A stretch of 64,000 nt of DNA. It comes from an uncultured virus (IMG/VR IMGVR_UViG_3300033163_000075) (lineage: Duplodnaviria > Heunggongvirae > Uroviricota > Caudoviricetes). Both the position numbers and the translations under genes were made by a program. Shown here piece after piece: positions 1-9,287 of the stretch; the first letter of the stretch is position 1; every line of letters begins with the position of its first letter. The stretch lies in IMG/VR virus record IMGVR_UViG_3300033163_000075. One strand, given 5' to 3'. The notes under the pieces were generated by a model that saw nothing but the letters and a program-made list of their open reading frames with translations, ran no database searches and was not told the DNA's origin.

Positions 1-85
1 TACATGGCTTAAGATGCTGAAATTAAAGGCATAACGAGATTTTGCGTACCACGTATACGCAAAATTATCAGTGGCTACGTTACTC

Positions 86-127
86 TCACTTATCAACCCT
101 TGACATCGATACCACTGTCTCAACATG
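86..127 (-). pseudogene. rlmD: Displaced 3' end of an rlmD/rumA-like 23S rRNA m5U methyltransferase gene (HVETVVSMSRVDK*)
   Basis: Minus-strand translation gives the HVETVV motif typical of RumA/RlmD C-termini, followed by TGA; a second copy lies at 15946-15990. Confidence 0.75.
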
Positions 128-154
128 GCTCGATTGCTCCAGATTGATGTCAAG
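99..154. other. att junction of large serine recombinase type; predicted crossover dinucleotide TG at 126-127
   Basis: CTTGACATC...GATGTCAAG inverted repeat centred on 126/127, which is the CA of the His codon on the minus strand; same geometry at 15964-16015. Confidence 0.7.
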
Positions 155-354
155 TGCGTAGCCAAATTCGCGTTCGTTCGCGGGAATTTATCAAAGCGTG
201 TTTTTGCCGTAAAACACACCGGTTTTTACCCTTGTACGTTCTCGGAAACAGGTCAAAGACCTTGCTCCTACTTATAATATGCAAACGCACAGATTTGCCG
301 ACCGCTTCAAGACTTCGCTCTGAGGGAACAAGTCCGAAATCCCATCGCCTCAAC
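99..354. repeat. Element terminal arm, copy 1 (~250 bp; copy 2 at 15962-16207)
   Basis: Direct repeat with long identical blocks, e.g. ACATGGCTCGATTGCTCCAGATTGATGTCA, GTTCTCGGAAACAGGTCAAAGACCTTGCTCCTAC and GGAACAAGTCCGAAATCCCATCGCCTCAAC. Confidence 0.95.
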
Positions 355-355
355 A

Positions 356-1708
356 TTAATTCTTCCCGTGACAGAATTTGTACTTTTTTCCGCTTCCGCA
401 TGGACATGGATCATTACGTCCTATCTTCTTTGGCCAGTTTGCTCTTTCCTGAACCATAAGTGGTATTTTGCCATCATACATAAGAGAAAGCTCTCTTAGT
501 CGATACAGGTATTCTGAAACACCCAATAAGGCCTGAAACATGTGCATCGCTTCATTTTCAAATTCGAGAAGGTATTCCGTTTTCTTTACGGTTCTGTCTT
601 TTGGATTTGGAATGTAAGTAATAACCTGACTCACCGCGTCATATTCAACATCATTGTGTCCAATCGCATTTCTCAGTTTTGCATTTACTACAACATCCAA
701 GAAATCGGTATAGACTTCTGTGTTCAAGCAAAAATGATACCTTGATGCCTTTGTGAGCTTTATATAATCCTCTAAAGAAGATACATTCTTTTCCAAAGGA
801 TTCATTGAATTCGCGTCAGCCCTGTATTTTATGTTATTAAGAGCGACCGGGATAACAAGCAAATTACCAAGGGCTTCATAAACATCCAAATAGAACTGTT
901 TTACACTATCAAAGCTACTTGTTGTCGAGCCTTCAACTTCGAAATCAAAAGAATCATCTTTGCAATACTGTAAAGCGAGAGCAGGAATGAGGCGCTGGTA
1001 TATTTTTATAAAATCATCATAGACCTTATATATCAAATCCTGTAGCTCCTCAAGATGATAACCATCATGTGAATTTAAGAAGTCTACTAAGCTCTTCAGC
1101 TGAACAGAGTCCAGTTTCATAATTCCTGCACTAAAAGAGAGATTATCCAAGATGTCTTTTTTAAGTGCAGAATAAAACCCATGAACCTCAATCATATGAA
1201 TAGCTCTCAATACCTCAGACTCATCTCTGCACTGAAAGTATTGTCCGGAGAATTCCTTTTGTATCTCCTGAACAAGGTATTCACTATTATTTCTGAAGAG
1301 GTCAATGATTCTTTTATAGCTCTTCCATTTCTTTTCTGTTGCATTAAGCTGTGATACCGCTTTTCCGAACTGCTCATATGAATCATCCGTCTTCATACGA
1401 TTCATATAGCGGATAAACGGAGTAATGACGACTTCTTCCAACTCCGCTGCTTTGCCTTGTTTCACGGTCGGAAATTCACCAGAGCATTCAACCATGTAAT
1501 CAGCTTCAGCATCCGGGATTTCATCCGCATTGTCAAAAGAAAACTTTAGCCCCGGTCGGTCTTGTCCTATCTTAACGCTGCCAGATAAGGAAGTACCACA
1601 TTTACCGCAAGCCACAACAATAGGATGTTCTTCTTGCCATCCAACCTGTAATCGGACTCTGGTAATACTTCCGCAAACCTGACATTTTATAAATGTATTA
1701 AAAACCAT
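356..1708 (-). CDS. Zn-finger + putative HEPN + SEC-C motif protein
   Basis: N-terminal CQVC/CGKC, RNAIGH (Rx4H) motif, C-terminal [25 protein letters not shown] motif. Confidence 0.65.
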   Translation of the reverse strand: MVFNTFIKCQVCGSITRVRLQVGWQEEHPIVVACGKCGTSLSGSVKIGQDRPGLKFSFDNADEIPDAEADYMVECSGEFPTVKQGKAAELEEVVITPFIRYMNRMKTDDSYEQFGKAVSQLNATEKKWKSYKRIIDLFRNNSEYLVQEIQKEFSGQYFQCRDESEVLRAIHMIEVHGFYSALKKDILDNLSFSAGIMKLDSVQLKSLVDFLNSHDGYHLEELQDLIYKVYDDFIKIYQRLIPALALQYCKDDSFDFEVEGSTTSSFDSVKQFYLDVYEALGNLLVIPVALNNIKYRADANSMNPLEKNVSSLEDYIKLTKASRYHFCLNTEVYTDFLDVVVNAKLRNAIGHNDVEYDAVSQVITYIPNPKDRTVKKTEYLLEFENEAMHMFQALLGVSEYLYRLRELSLMYDGKIPLMVQERANWPKKIGRNDPCPCGSGKKYKFCHGKN

Positions 1709-1794
1709 GCATTTTCTCCATTCATATTATCAAGCATTAAATCGCCTCAACCTTTGACGGCTCCACAAGTGCATGGGATTTCATCGTCGTAGCC

Positions 1795-2253
1795 CTAATA
1801 TGCCTCTGCTGGGATCGATGATCCATCTCTGACAATCTTGATTGTTCCATCATCAGAAATTTCTATTACAGAGACATCTTCAAGCAAATGCCCATGTGCT
1901 CGAACATAATACTCAGCCAGTGTTTCCTGCTTGCCACGAAACACTGCTTTTTTCATACAAAGCAGCTTCTTTGTCCCAGAAGGCAGAAAGCCAAAGTAAA
2001 ATACAGCCTCGTCCAAGCCCATCAACTTTGCGCTCGGAACATTCCCGGAATCAGTCCACGTATAACATTTGCATTCAGCCACGATAGACCTATCAGCATT
2101 GGCAAGATCAAACTTGTGCTCCTTTGGCGGTCTGCCGATGGGGATTGCTGCTTCTTGCTCAAAATATGTATTATATTTTTCTTTGAGAATCGTTTGCACA
2201 AATTCTTGGAACTTGCGTCCGACGTGCGGATTCTCAGAATTTAAATTTGCCAT
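1795..2253 (-). CDS. Small PD-(D/E)xK-fold nuclease-like protein
   Basis: HKFDL...IVAECK motif; start reassigned to ATG 2253 behind a GAGGAG RBS. Confidence 0.55.
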   Translation of the reverse strand: MANLNSENPHVGRKFQEFVQTILKEKYNTYFEQEAAIPIGRPPKEHKFDLANADRSIVAECKCYTWTDSGNVPSAKLMGLDEAVFYFGFLPSGTKKLLCMKKAVFRGKQETLAEYYVRAHGHLLEDVSVIEISDDGTIKIVRDGSSIPAEAY

Positions 2254-2276
2254 CAGTGCTCCTCGTCCTGAGTGGA

Positions 2277-5200
2277 CTATTGCCAATCTACCGTTATATA
2301 CGGCACAATCAAATCGTAGAACTTCTTTGACCATTCTGCATGGAACTTTGCCATCTGCGGCCAGTCATCCTCGTTTTCAATGCTCACGTTATCAAGCTGA
2401 ATAAATACCTTCGAGGATTTGATATCATCTCCACGGTTCCACTGAAGCTCCGTTCCCAGCTTCGATTCAATCTCGCTTTTATGCTGGTAAAGAGCATCAA
2501 ACGCAGCTTTATTCTCTGATCTCTCCGCTCTGGCAAATACGACCTCTGAACGGGCAGAGTCAAAATTCGCAACACAGCAGAGGTAGAAACCTCCAATGCC
2601 AAAGAATCCGTTTATCCAGTTGTCCGTACTCGGATTCACATTGCTGAAAGAGCCGGGATTACCATGTGCCTCATGGATTTGGGCTAAGGCATACGTCCAG
2701 TAGCGTTTTCTAATCTCAAACCTCGTTTCAGAGGAATCACCGCTTATATTGAGACGTTCTCCGGCCATAGATAATGCTGTCGTGATCCGGTCAAAATGGT
2801 CGATGATCCAATCAAATATTTTCTGCTGCTCTGCTGGATTGAATACATCAGCCTTCTCCTCAATAACGATGGAACGTGTTGTACCTGTCGATTTTGAGTA
2901 TTCCCAATTTAGGTTCTCACCAAATTCGGTCTCAATCTGATCTTTCAATTCTTTCAGACGGTTATAGGTATCCACATTATAGGTGTAGATGCCCATCTTG
3001 ATTCGTTTACCATAGGGAATGGAAAAGAATAAGTGATAGCCGTTCGCGCCTATGTGCACATCGTAATATGTTCGACCAGCAGCTTTCTGTTTTGCTATAT
3101 TGCTTGATCTGCCGTGCTCATTAGCATAGTTTACGAATGCTGTCCAGAATTGCAGTTTTTGATCATCTCCGGAGCCTTCTGCACTTTCCTCGGATTCCGG
3201 TACGTTTGCCGATACTTCCTCCAACTCCTCCGGGATTTCTCGTCCATCTTTGACGAACGAAATGCCGATCAGCTTTTCCAACTGTTCTTCGTCGAATTGC
3301 AGGTTCCAGCGTTCCTGCATGAAAACGAGAAGCTTTTCAGTTCTGCTGTATATCTCAAATGCAGTCCAATCCTGCAGCTTGGATACCTCTATCTCTGAGT
3401 GAGATCCATTCTCGTATCCGCGACGTCCTGTGGTTTTGGAATGCTTCTTATCCTCAAAACTGTCATTCTGCAAAGCCGAGTTTACGCTCTGAGACAACGG
3501 TAGAAGGTTCCCAAGTGCTCCAGAAAGCATCTTGATTTCCGAATCCTTAAACTGCCGGTACATATTACGCCAGTAATACTTCGTCGGTGTCTGAGGGAGA
3601 ATATGCTCGATAGACACTTTATCCTTCTCGGACTTTGTAAACATTGACCACGTGCAGAAACGATCTATATTATTTTTCTCTGCCAGCTTAGCCTCATATT
3701 CATAAAAGAAGTATCGCAGACTGTTCCAGTCGTAGTAGCCATTCCCTGTAGAAAAATATTTCTCAATTCTGGTGACAAAGTTCTGCGTGGCAAAATCGAT
3801 ATCGTTCGTTGTCCTGTCATATATTTCTTTACAGAGCTCATCAACATCCGTTTCTTTCACATACACCTGACGTGCAGCTCGATAATAATCACTGCTGCCA
3901 TAGGATGCATTAAAATTACCCAAGCGAAATGCGACAAAGATAAAGCGCTCAACTGCTTCAAAGATTTTAACTCTGCTGTTCGCAGAAATATCCCGCCGAC
4001 TGATGACCGCAGTAACCAGCGGTCTGAAATGTCCGATGCCGATACGGTTAAGCCTATCGACTCGTTTTTGCTCTTCAGGAGTAAGATTAGCACTTTCAAA
4101 TGGGAAATAGGTGTCATACCAGTACTTCGCCATATCTTTGAGGCTATTGACATAGTCCTCGATTTCTTTTGGCTGGAGTTTGGATACCTCTATGATTTCC
4201 TGTTCTTCTGTTTCAGTAACTTCCGTGTCGTCTGCATCAGTAACATCATCGCTGATAACCGACTCGGCCTCTGTCTCAACCAGAACTGGTGCCTTTTCAA
4301 ATATTCCCTTTGACGAGAACTTGCTCAGAAGGAATTTGATATAGTCATCGCCACGTTTACGGGAATACCTAAAATAGATAATCCAATGAGCACGCAGGAA
4401 GTCATCGTCAGAAAGAGGAACACTCTTGTTCCTACCAAGCTGATAGTAGACTTCCTTCCAAGCGTCATTTATCTTCTTGCGGAGAGCAGACTTGTCCTTT
4501 TCGTCAAACACCTCATCATCATAAAGCGTGGTCAAATAGATCAGTCTGTTTTTCAACAGTTCAAGATTCGTCAGCTTCTTACCACGATTGTTCATAGTCT
4601 CAAAAGCTACAAATACATCGTAATCGTCGTCGATTTCATGGAGATTAAACATCAGGCGCTGTGTGAGCTTCTTATACAGCGTATTTGCTGCCTCAAGTCC
4701 GCCTTCTCCAGACTCTTTATATAGCTTCCTGATGTTTTCTGCAAAAAAGTTCTTTGCAAACTTTAGATTCTTCGTATAGTAGGTCTCATTCACCGCGCCG
4801 GAATACGGCTCATCGAACACCTTATATTTCATGTATTCAGCGCTGGGATTGTCGACCTCATAGCCAAAAAGGTATGTTGTTACTACTCCGTTTGGCGGTC
4901 TTTTTCGGCAGATGTATTTTGAAACGATTTCTTCGACCGTTTCATACCCCAGCGTAATTTCCTTATCTGACTTACCCTTGTTCTCATCCAAGCCGCGCAC
5001 AAATCCCACAATCTCATTCAAGAGAATGACAAACGTGGTGATGCGCTGCTGTCCATCAACGATATGACAAGGCTTATATCCGTTCTCAACCAGCCACAAG
5101 TCCTCGCCCCAGCTGACGGTCTCCTTGCTTTTTAGAGGTTTAAGGGACAGGAGACCTGTATAGTGATAGCGATCAGCCTGAAGATTTACAAGGTCATCCC

Positions 5201-5309
5201 AAAAATCCACCAACTGTTGCTGCAACCATGCATAACCACGCTGATAGTCCGGTATCCGGAATAATCTATTTTGAAAGAGCAGCGACAACGGCTGCAGCTC
5301 ATTTGCCAT
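2277..5309 (-). CDS. GmrSD-like type IV restriction protein (DUF262 + DUF1524/HNH + two DUF4268-like domains)
   Basis: IPDYQRGYAW, DGQQR, FETMNNRG, SIEHILPQ..LGNL motifs and a duplicated C-terminal domain; GGAGG RBS before ATG 5309. Confidence 0.85.
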   Translation of the reverse strand: MANELQPLSLLFQNRLFRIPDYQRGYAWLQQQLVDFWDDLVNLQADRYHYTGLLSLKPLKSKETVSWGEDLWLVENGYKPCHIVDGQQRITTFVILLNEIVGFVRGLDENKGKSDKEITLGYETVEEIVSKYICRKRPPNGVVTTYLFGYEVDNPSAEYMKYKVFDEPYSGAVNETYYTKNLKFAKNFFAENIRKLYKESGEGGLEAANTLYKKLTQRLMFNLHEIDDDYDVFVAFETMNNRGKKLTNLELLKNRLIYLTTLYDDEVFDEKDKSALRKKINDAWKEVYYQLGRNKSVPLSDDDFLRAHWIIYFRYSRKRGDDYIKFLLSKFSSKGIFEKAPVLVETEAESVISDDVTDADDTEVTETEEQEIIEVSKLQPKEIEDYVNSLKDMAKYWYDTYFPFESANLTPEEQKRVDRLNRIGIGHFRPLVTAVISRRDISANSRVKIFEAVERFIFVAFRLGNFNASYGSSDYYRAARQVYVKETDVDELCKEIYDRTTNDIDFATQNFVTRIEKYFSTGNGYYDWNSLRYFFYEYEAKLAEKNNIDRFCTWSMFTKSEKDKVSIEHILPQTPTKYYWRNMYRQFKDSEIKMLSGALGNLLPLSQSVNSALQNDSFEDKKHSKTTGRRGYENGSHSEIEVSKLQDWTAFEIYSRTEKLLVFMQERWNLQFDEEQLEKLIGISFVKDGREIPEELEEVSANVPESEESAEGSGDDQKLQFWTAFVNYANEHGRSSNIAKQKAAGRTYYDVHIGANGYHLFFSIPYGKRIKMGIYTYNVDTYNRLKELKDQIETEFGENLNWEYSKSTGTTRSIVIEEKADVFNPAEQQKIFDWIIDHFDRITTALSMAGERLNISGDSSETRFEIRKRYWTYALAQIHEAHGNPGSFSNVNPSTDNWINGFFGIGGFYLCCVANFDSARSEVVFARAERSENKAAFDALYQHKSEIESKLGTELQWNRGDDIKSSKVFIQLDNVSIENEDDWPQMAKFHAEWSKKFYDLIVPYITVDWQ

Positions 5310-5324
5310 ATCGTCAGCCTCCAA

Positions 5325-7343
5325 TCAATTTTTTCGGAGAACAATGATGTGCTCCATAGTCATCGTGGAACCCGTCGCTCCAGTAACATTCGTAGGTGAA
5401 TTTTGAGAAGGCATCACTTTATTAGGAATGTTACGATCAACAGTGTATATAGGCGTTAGCCCATATTGTGGCGCAAGTTCAGTTATAATCACGTCAGTTT
5501 TAAGTAATTCATTTTTAACCGTCCGGTTACCTACCACCCAAAACTGATACCCTCCAGATTTAGTTTTTAGAGCAACACTTCTTATGGCTGCGTCAAGATC
5601 GTCATAAAAACTATAAACATCCCCAGCACGTTCAACATCTACATCTTTAATTTTTTCCAGTGACTTACGCAAAGTATCGCTTTGCAAGGTAAATTCGAAT
5701 CCATTTCGATATTTTTTTCCACCCATTAGTGATCTGTCGACACCCATAATTTCCTTTTCCGTGAGATCAAACAAATTAATCCACTGGAGCGAAAGTCTGC
5801 TGTACTCACCATATGCAACGGTAGTTCGACTATCTCCGTATGGAGGAGAAGTTACAATAAGATCATATGTATCATCAGGAACATCCTGAAGTGTACAAGT
5901 GTTATTTCTAAAAACAGACACATCCGGATGCGCGTCTGCTTCTTCAAGCGCCTTAGAGAAATCTTGCATTTTACTTATGTTTCTATATAGAATTTTTTCA
6001 AACTCGCTATATACATCCGGATTGAAACTTTGAACCTTAGCAGCTGGCATACGGAACATCTTAAATTCTCCGTTCCTACGATTTGAGACAAATCGTATGC
6101 TCTCACTCATAGCTATAAATATAAAATCTCGAATATCCTTGTCCTCGATTTTTTCAATTTCTGATTTAAGGATGGAAAGTTCGAGAATCACACGAGGCCT
6201 AAACCAATAGCCAAGATTCTTGAAATCCGGGATTGTAACATCAAGTCCTCTTTCAGCACAAAATTGCTGCAGATATTTAGGAGCCTCATCGCCCCAGCCT
6301 TTTTTTCCTGCTACATCCAAGCCGAGCGTCTCAATTACATATGAATCAACAAAATCTAAGGATTCTTTTAGCACTTCTCTTCTGATTTTTACACGCGTAA
6401 GCAGTTCATCTGCTTCTTTATTTAGTGGTTCGTTCTTGATAGATGTTGTCTTTACCTTAGTTAATAACAAGGCAAGAGGATTGATATCGTTACCCGCGAC
6501 TGTTCCGATTCCACTAAGCATGCCTTCAACAAGCACTGTACCTGATCCGGAAAAAGGATCAAGCAGCGCATTGACCGGCTGTATTTCCTTTACCAGTCTT
6601 ATAATGTTCCGGCTAATTGGGCATACCATCATCGCAGGATAGTTATGGAGGCCATGAGTAAACTCTTTTGTGTCATCCTCGCGGAAATCCCAGTAGTCTG
6701 CCGGAAGTTCTTTTAGTTTGCTTATCAGCATCTCATCGTTTTGAGTCTTTTTGCTCATCTCAGTTTTCCCTTCCATAGGCTCCGTTTTCTTTTTGCGAAA
6801 CTCACCTTCATGAGTTTTAACTTCAACGGTGCATATTGTGTCATTATGCCAGCCCCCGTGCGGCACAAGTAAAATTCTTTCAATTTCAAATCCATACTTG
6901 TACCCAATTCCTCCGCTGTTCCAACCAAAAGTAATTACTTTACCTCCAATTTTAACTATACGAGATATTTCTCGCTTATGATTACCCCAAAACGAAGCTT
7001 TAGTTGTATCCCAAGTGACCGTATATCCAACATCGTTGTAGCACTCGCTGACTTGCCGTGGGGAATACGGCGGGTCATATAAAACCCCATCAACCGATGA
7101 ATTTTCAAACATCTTTAGAAAATCTAATGCGTCCAAATGATAATCAGTGTCATATTCCATGCTTAAATCATTTGTTACGCTTGCTATCTTGTTTCTGTTT
7201 GCAAAAGGATCAATCCAATATTTTTTTAGATCAACCTCTTCTTCCAGCAAAGCCTTAATAGGAGCTATTTCAAAGGTGTTCTTATTTGGCATTGACCAGA
7301 TGCGCTCGATCCGTATTCCGTGTGTGTCATTAATCTTTTTCAA
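5325..7343 (-). CDS. Fused double DNA amino-methyltransferase (small DPPY domain + MvaI-like N4-cytosine TSPPY domain)
   Basis: N-part IDPFA..YDPPY; C-part HNYPAMM, DPFSGSGT, TSPPY; TTG start with AGGAGG RBS; possible internal start at MSKKTQ (~6759). Confidence 0.85.
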   Translation of the reverse strand: MKKINDTHGIRIERIWSMPNKNTFEIAPIKALLEEEVDLKKYWIDPFANRNKIASVTNDLSMEYDTDYHLDALDFLKMFENSSVDGVLYDPPYSPRQVSECYNDVGYTVTWDTTKASFWGNHKREISRIVKIGGKVITFGWNSGGIGYKYGFEIERILLVPHGGWHNDTICTVEVKTHEGEFRKKKTEPMEGKTEMSKKTQNDEMLISKLKELPADYWDFREDDTKEFTHGLHNYPAMMVCPISRNIIRLVKEIQPVNALLDPFSGSGTVLVEGMLSGIGTVAGNDINPLALLLTKVKTTSIKNEPLNKEADELLTRVKIRREVLKESLDFVDSYVIETLGLDVAGKKGWGDEAPKYLQQFCAERGLDVTIPDFKNLGYWFRPRVILELSILKSEIEKIEDKDIRDFIFIAMSESIRFVSNRRNGEFKMFRMPAAKVQSFNPDVYSEFEKILYRNISKMQDFSKALEEADAHPDVSVFRNNTCTLQDVPDDTYDLIVTSPPYGDSRTTVAYGEYSRLSLQWINLFDLTEKEIMGVDRSLMGGKKYRNGFEFTLQSDTLRKSLEKIKDVDVERAGDVYSFYDDLDAAIRSVALKTKSGGYQFWVVGNRTVKNELLKTDVIITELAPQYGLTPIYTVDRNIPNKVMPSQNSPTNVTGATGSTMTMEHIIVLRKN

Positions 7344-7524
7344 TGGAAACCTCCTGCGAGCTTTCCGGCTTCAACACCAGAACATTATCTTCTTTATCAA
7401 AAAAGATTTCCAGCTTAGTTTTTCCCTTCTCGATATTCATGTTCGACAATACGCTCTTCGGTAAACGTAAACGCATGTCTTGTTGAAGTGTGTATGTATC
7501 AAGATAAATAAGGTCGTTCTTCAT
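7330..7524 (-). CDS. AbrB/MazE-like small DNA-binding regulator
   Basis: 64 aa with a swapped-hairpin-like pattern (LQQDMRLRLPKSV..NMNIEKG..LVLK); overlaps the methyltransferase start. Confidence 0.6.
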   Translation of the reverse strand: MKNDLIYLDTYTLQQDMRLRLPKSVLSNMNIEKGKTKLEIFFDKEDNVLVLKPESSQEVSIEKD

Positions 7525-7555
7525 GATCTTCTCCTTTCAATTTGACTGCCATCTT

Positions 7556-7611
7556 ATTATACCATAAATTTGCCCTGAAATCAACCTGTTTTCAAGGCAA
7601 ATTCAGGGCAA
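7556..7611 (-). promoter_or_regulatory. SigA-type promoter with three operator boxes
   Basis: Minus strand TTGATT-17 bp-TATAAT with TG extension; TTGCCCTGAA-like boxes at 7570-7579 (inverted), 7591-7600 and 7602-7611. Confidence 0.75.
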
Positions 7612-7669
7612 GATATCTCACCAAAGGATCGATCCCATTCCTCACTCAAATTCATAATTATGAGGATAT

Positions 7670-8449
7670 TTAAAGCAATTTCTTTTTCTCATCAAAGCAC
7701 TCATCCAATTTATTAGGAGAAACTCTGAATGCGGTTCCATTATCGTGGGGCTTACCTTTTCTATCGCCAGACGCATAAACGCCAAGCCGAATATCCATTT
7801 CTAAATCGCCGGACATTAATGAATCCACCATATCGTCTGAGCTAAAATTCTCCAGACTGTATGCTTCATTATAGTGAAAGCTTTCTTTTCCGTTTTCGAT
7901 TTTAGAATCCGCCTGCACGTGATACATTTTCTTTGCTGGATATTTTTTATCAAATGCCTTCTTTAAGCTATCCTTACTCCAGCATGCATCTTCAATAATT
8001 CCATCTGTAGCATGCTCCAAGTATATTTTTTCATCCTTCTCCGTAAGTTTCATAAAGGGCTCACCATCTAATGAATTAAATTCCTTACCATTCACAGTAG
8101 TATGCAAGATATTAATGTTCGGATTTAATTCTCTTGATTCTTCTGTTTGGTATCCATATTTGGCTCTTAAAACTCTATTATTAACACCCCTTTTGTCCGG
8201 AGATTTGGTAAATAAAGTAATTTTGCTATTGGAATTTTTTCTGTTGGCTTTCAATTCGACCTTACCGAGATCAGCCGCCTGAACAGAGTTTTCCTCAACA
8301 CCAAGTTCGTCTTCAAGTGTTTTCCCAATTCCCGTATCACCAGTTCGATGCGATTCTATGAAACCACGATCCCTTATCTCTTCCATCGCTTCTTTAAATT
8401 TAGCATCTGTGGTCAAATCACCAGATACCACTATTCTTCTTTCGGCCAT
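7670..8449 (-). CDS. MvaI/BcnI family restriction endonuclease (copy 2)
   Basis: HRTGDTGIGKTLEDELG..EN..ADLG..ELKA and HDNGTAFR motifs. Confidence 0.85.
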   Translation of the reverse strand: MAERRIVVSGDLTTDAKFKEAMEEIRDRGFIESHRTGDTGIGKTLEDELGVEENSVQAADLGKVELKANRKNSNSKITLFTKSPDKRGVNNRVLRAKYGYQTEESRELNPNINILHTTVNGKEFNSLDGEPFMKLTEKDEKIYLEHATDGIIEDACWSKDSLKKAFDKKYPAKKMYHVQADSKIENGKESFHYNEAYSLENFSSDDMVDSLMSGDLEMDIRLGVYASGDRKGKPHDNGTAFRVSPNKLDECFDEKKKLL

Positions 8450-8458
8450 GCTGACCTC

Positions 8459-9190
8459 CTACACAATTTTGTTATTAATCTTAAACAGCAACGGCTGATC
8501 GTTTTCTTTGATCCTAAAACCCGTTCCATGATCATGAGTTTGACCATTCTTAGCCCCGCCATGATATTGTCCAATCCTTAGATCAATGTATATTTTCCCC
8601 TGTTCCAAGAGCTTAACAAAGGCGTCATAGTTAAAGCCAGATACCTCGTAGGCTTCGACGAATCGAAATTCTTCGTTTGCTCCGCTTCCTCTTGATTGAG
8701 CCTTTGCATAAACAAACTTGTTCTTATACTTCTTTTCGAATGCCTTTTTTAACTGTTCTCTCGTCCAGAACGCATACTCTTTTCCATCCTCAGCGATAAT
8801 AGATATCTTTGTATCACCACAGGAGACTTTCAAACTATGACCAGTATCTGCAATAGACACAAAACGGTCTGCAGAAAGTGTAGAGTGAAGCACTTTTTCA
8901 TCATTGTCATATGCATCACTTGAATAACCGAAAGTCATTCTCAAAGTGTTGGCAGCTCCTTGAGGCTGTGGAGTCTTCGTAAAGATAGTTAGCATACTGT
9001 TAGAATCTAAACGGCATGACTTTAGCTCATAATCTCCAAAATCCGGCCCATCTATATTGTTTTCAGCTATGCCAAGAAGATCCTCCAAAGTCTTTCCAAT
9101 GCCAGTCGGGCCAGACCTATGTGTCTTAACCCAACCCATACCACAGATTTTTGTGTACTCCCTAACAAAATCATCCAATGTGTAAATCAT
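8459..9190 (-). CDS. MvaI/BcnI family restriction endonuclease (copy 1)
   Basis: HRSGPTGIGKTLEDLLG..ENN..PDFG.YELKS and HDHGTGFR motifs; ATG 9190 with GGAGG RBS. Confidence 0.85.
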   Translation of the reverse strand: MIYTLDDFVREYTKICGMGWVKTHRSGPTGIGKTLEDLLGIAENNIDGPDFGDYELKSCRLDSNSMLTIFTKTPQPQGAANTLRMTFGYSSDAYDNDEKVLHSTLSADRFVSIADTGHSLKVSCGDTKISIIAEDGKEYAFWTREQLKKAFEKKYKNKFVYAKAQSRGSGANEEFRFVEAYEVSGFNYDAFVKLLEQGKIYIDLRIGQYHGGAKNGQTHDHGTGFRIKENDQPLLFKINNKIV

Positions 9191-9287
9191 AGCTTTTCCT
9201 CCATTTTTTTGTTGTATTACGAGAGATATAGCCTGCCACTTATCACAGCAAAAGCTGAATCCCAATCTTGAATTACTGTTTATTGTT

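Noticed and set aside
2..9. ACATGGCT matching the att core
   Set aside because: Only 8 bp at the window edge and the flanking arm sequence does not match
344..354. GTTGAGGC (minus strand) as an integron attC/attI core
   Set aside because: Does not fit GTTRRRY, and there is no attC structure or integron integrase in the window
150..407. ORF 'MRRWDFGLVP..' (and 15946-16206) as a real protein
   Set aside because: Lies in the att arm, overlaps the cargo gene end, lacks an RBS and the two copies end differently; treated as non-coding with rlmD relics
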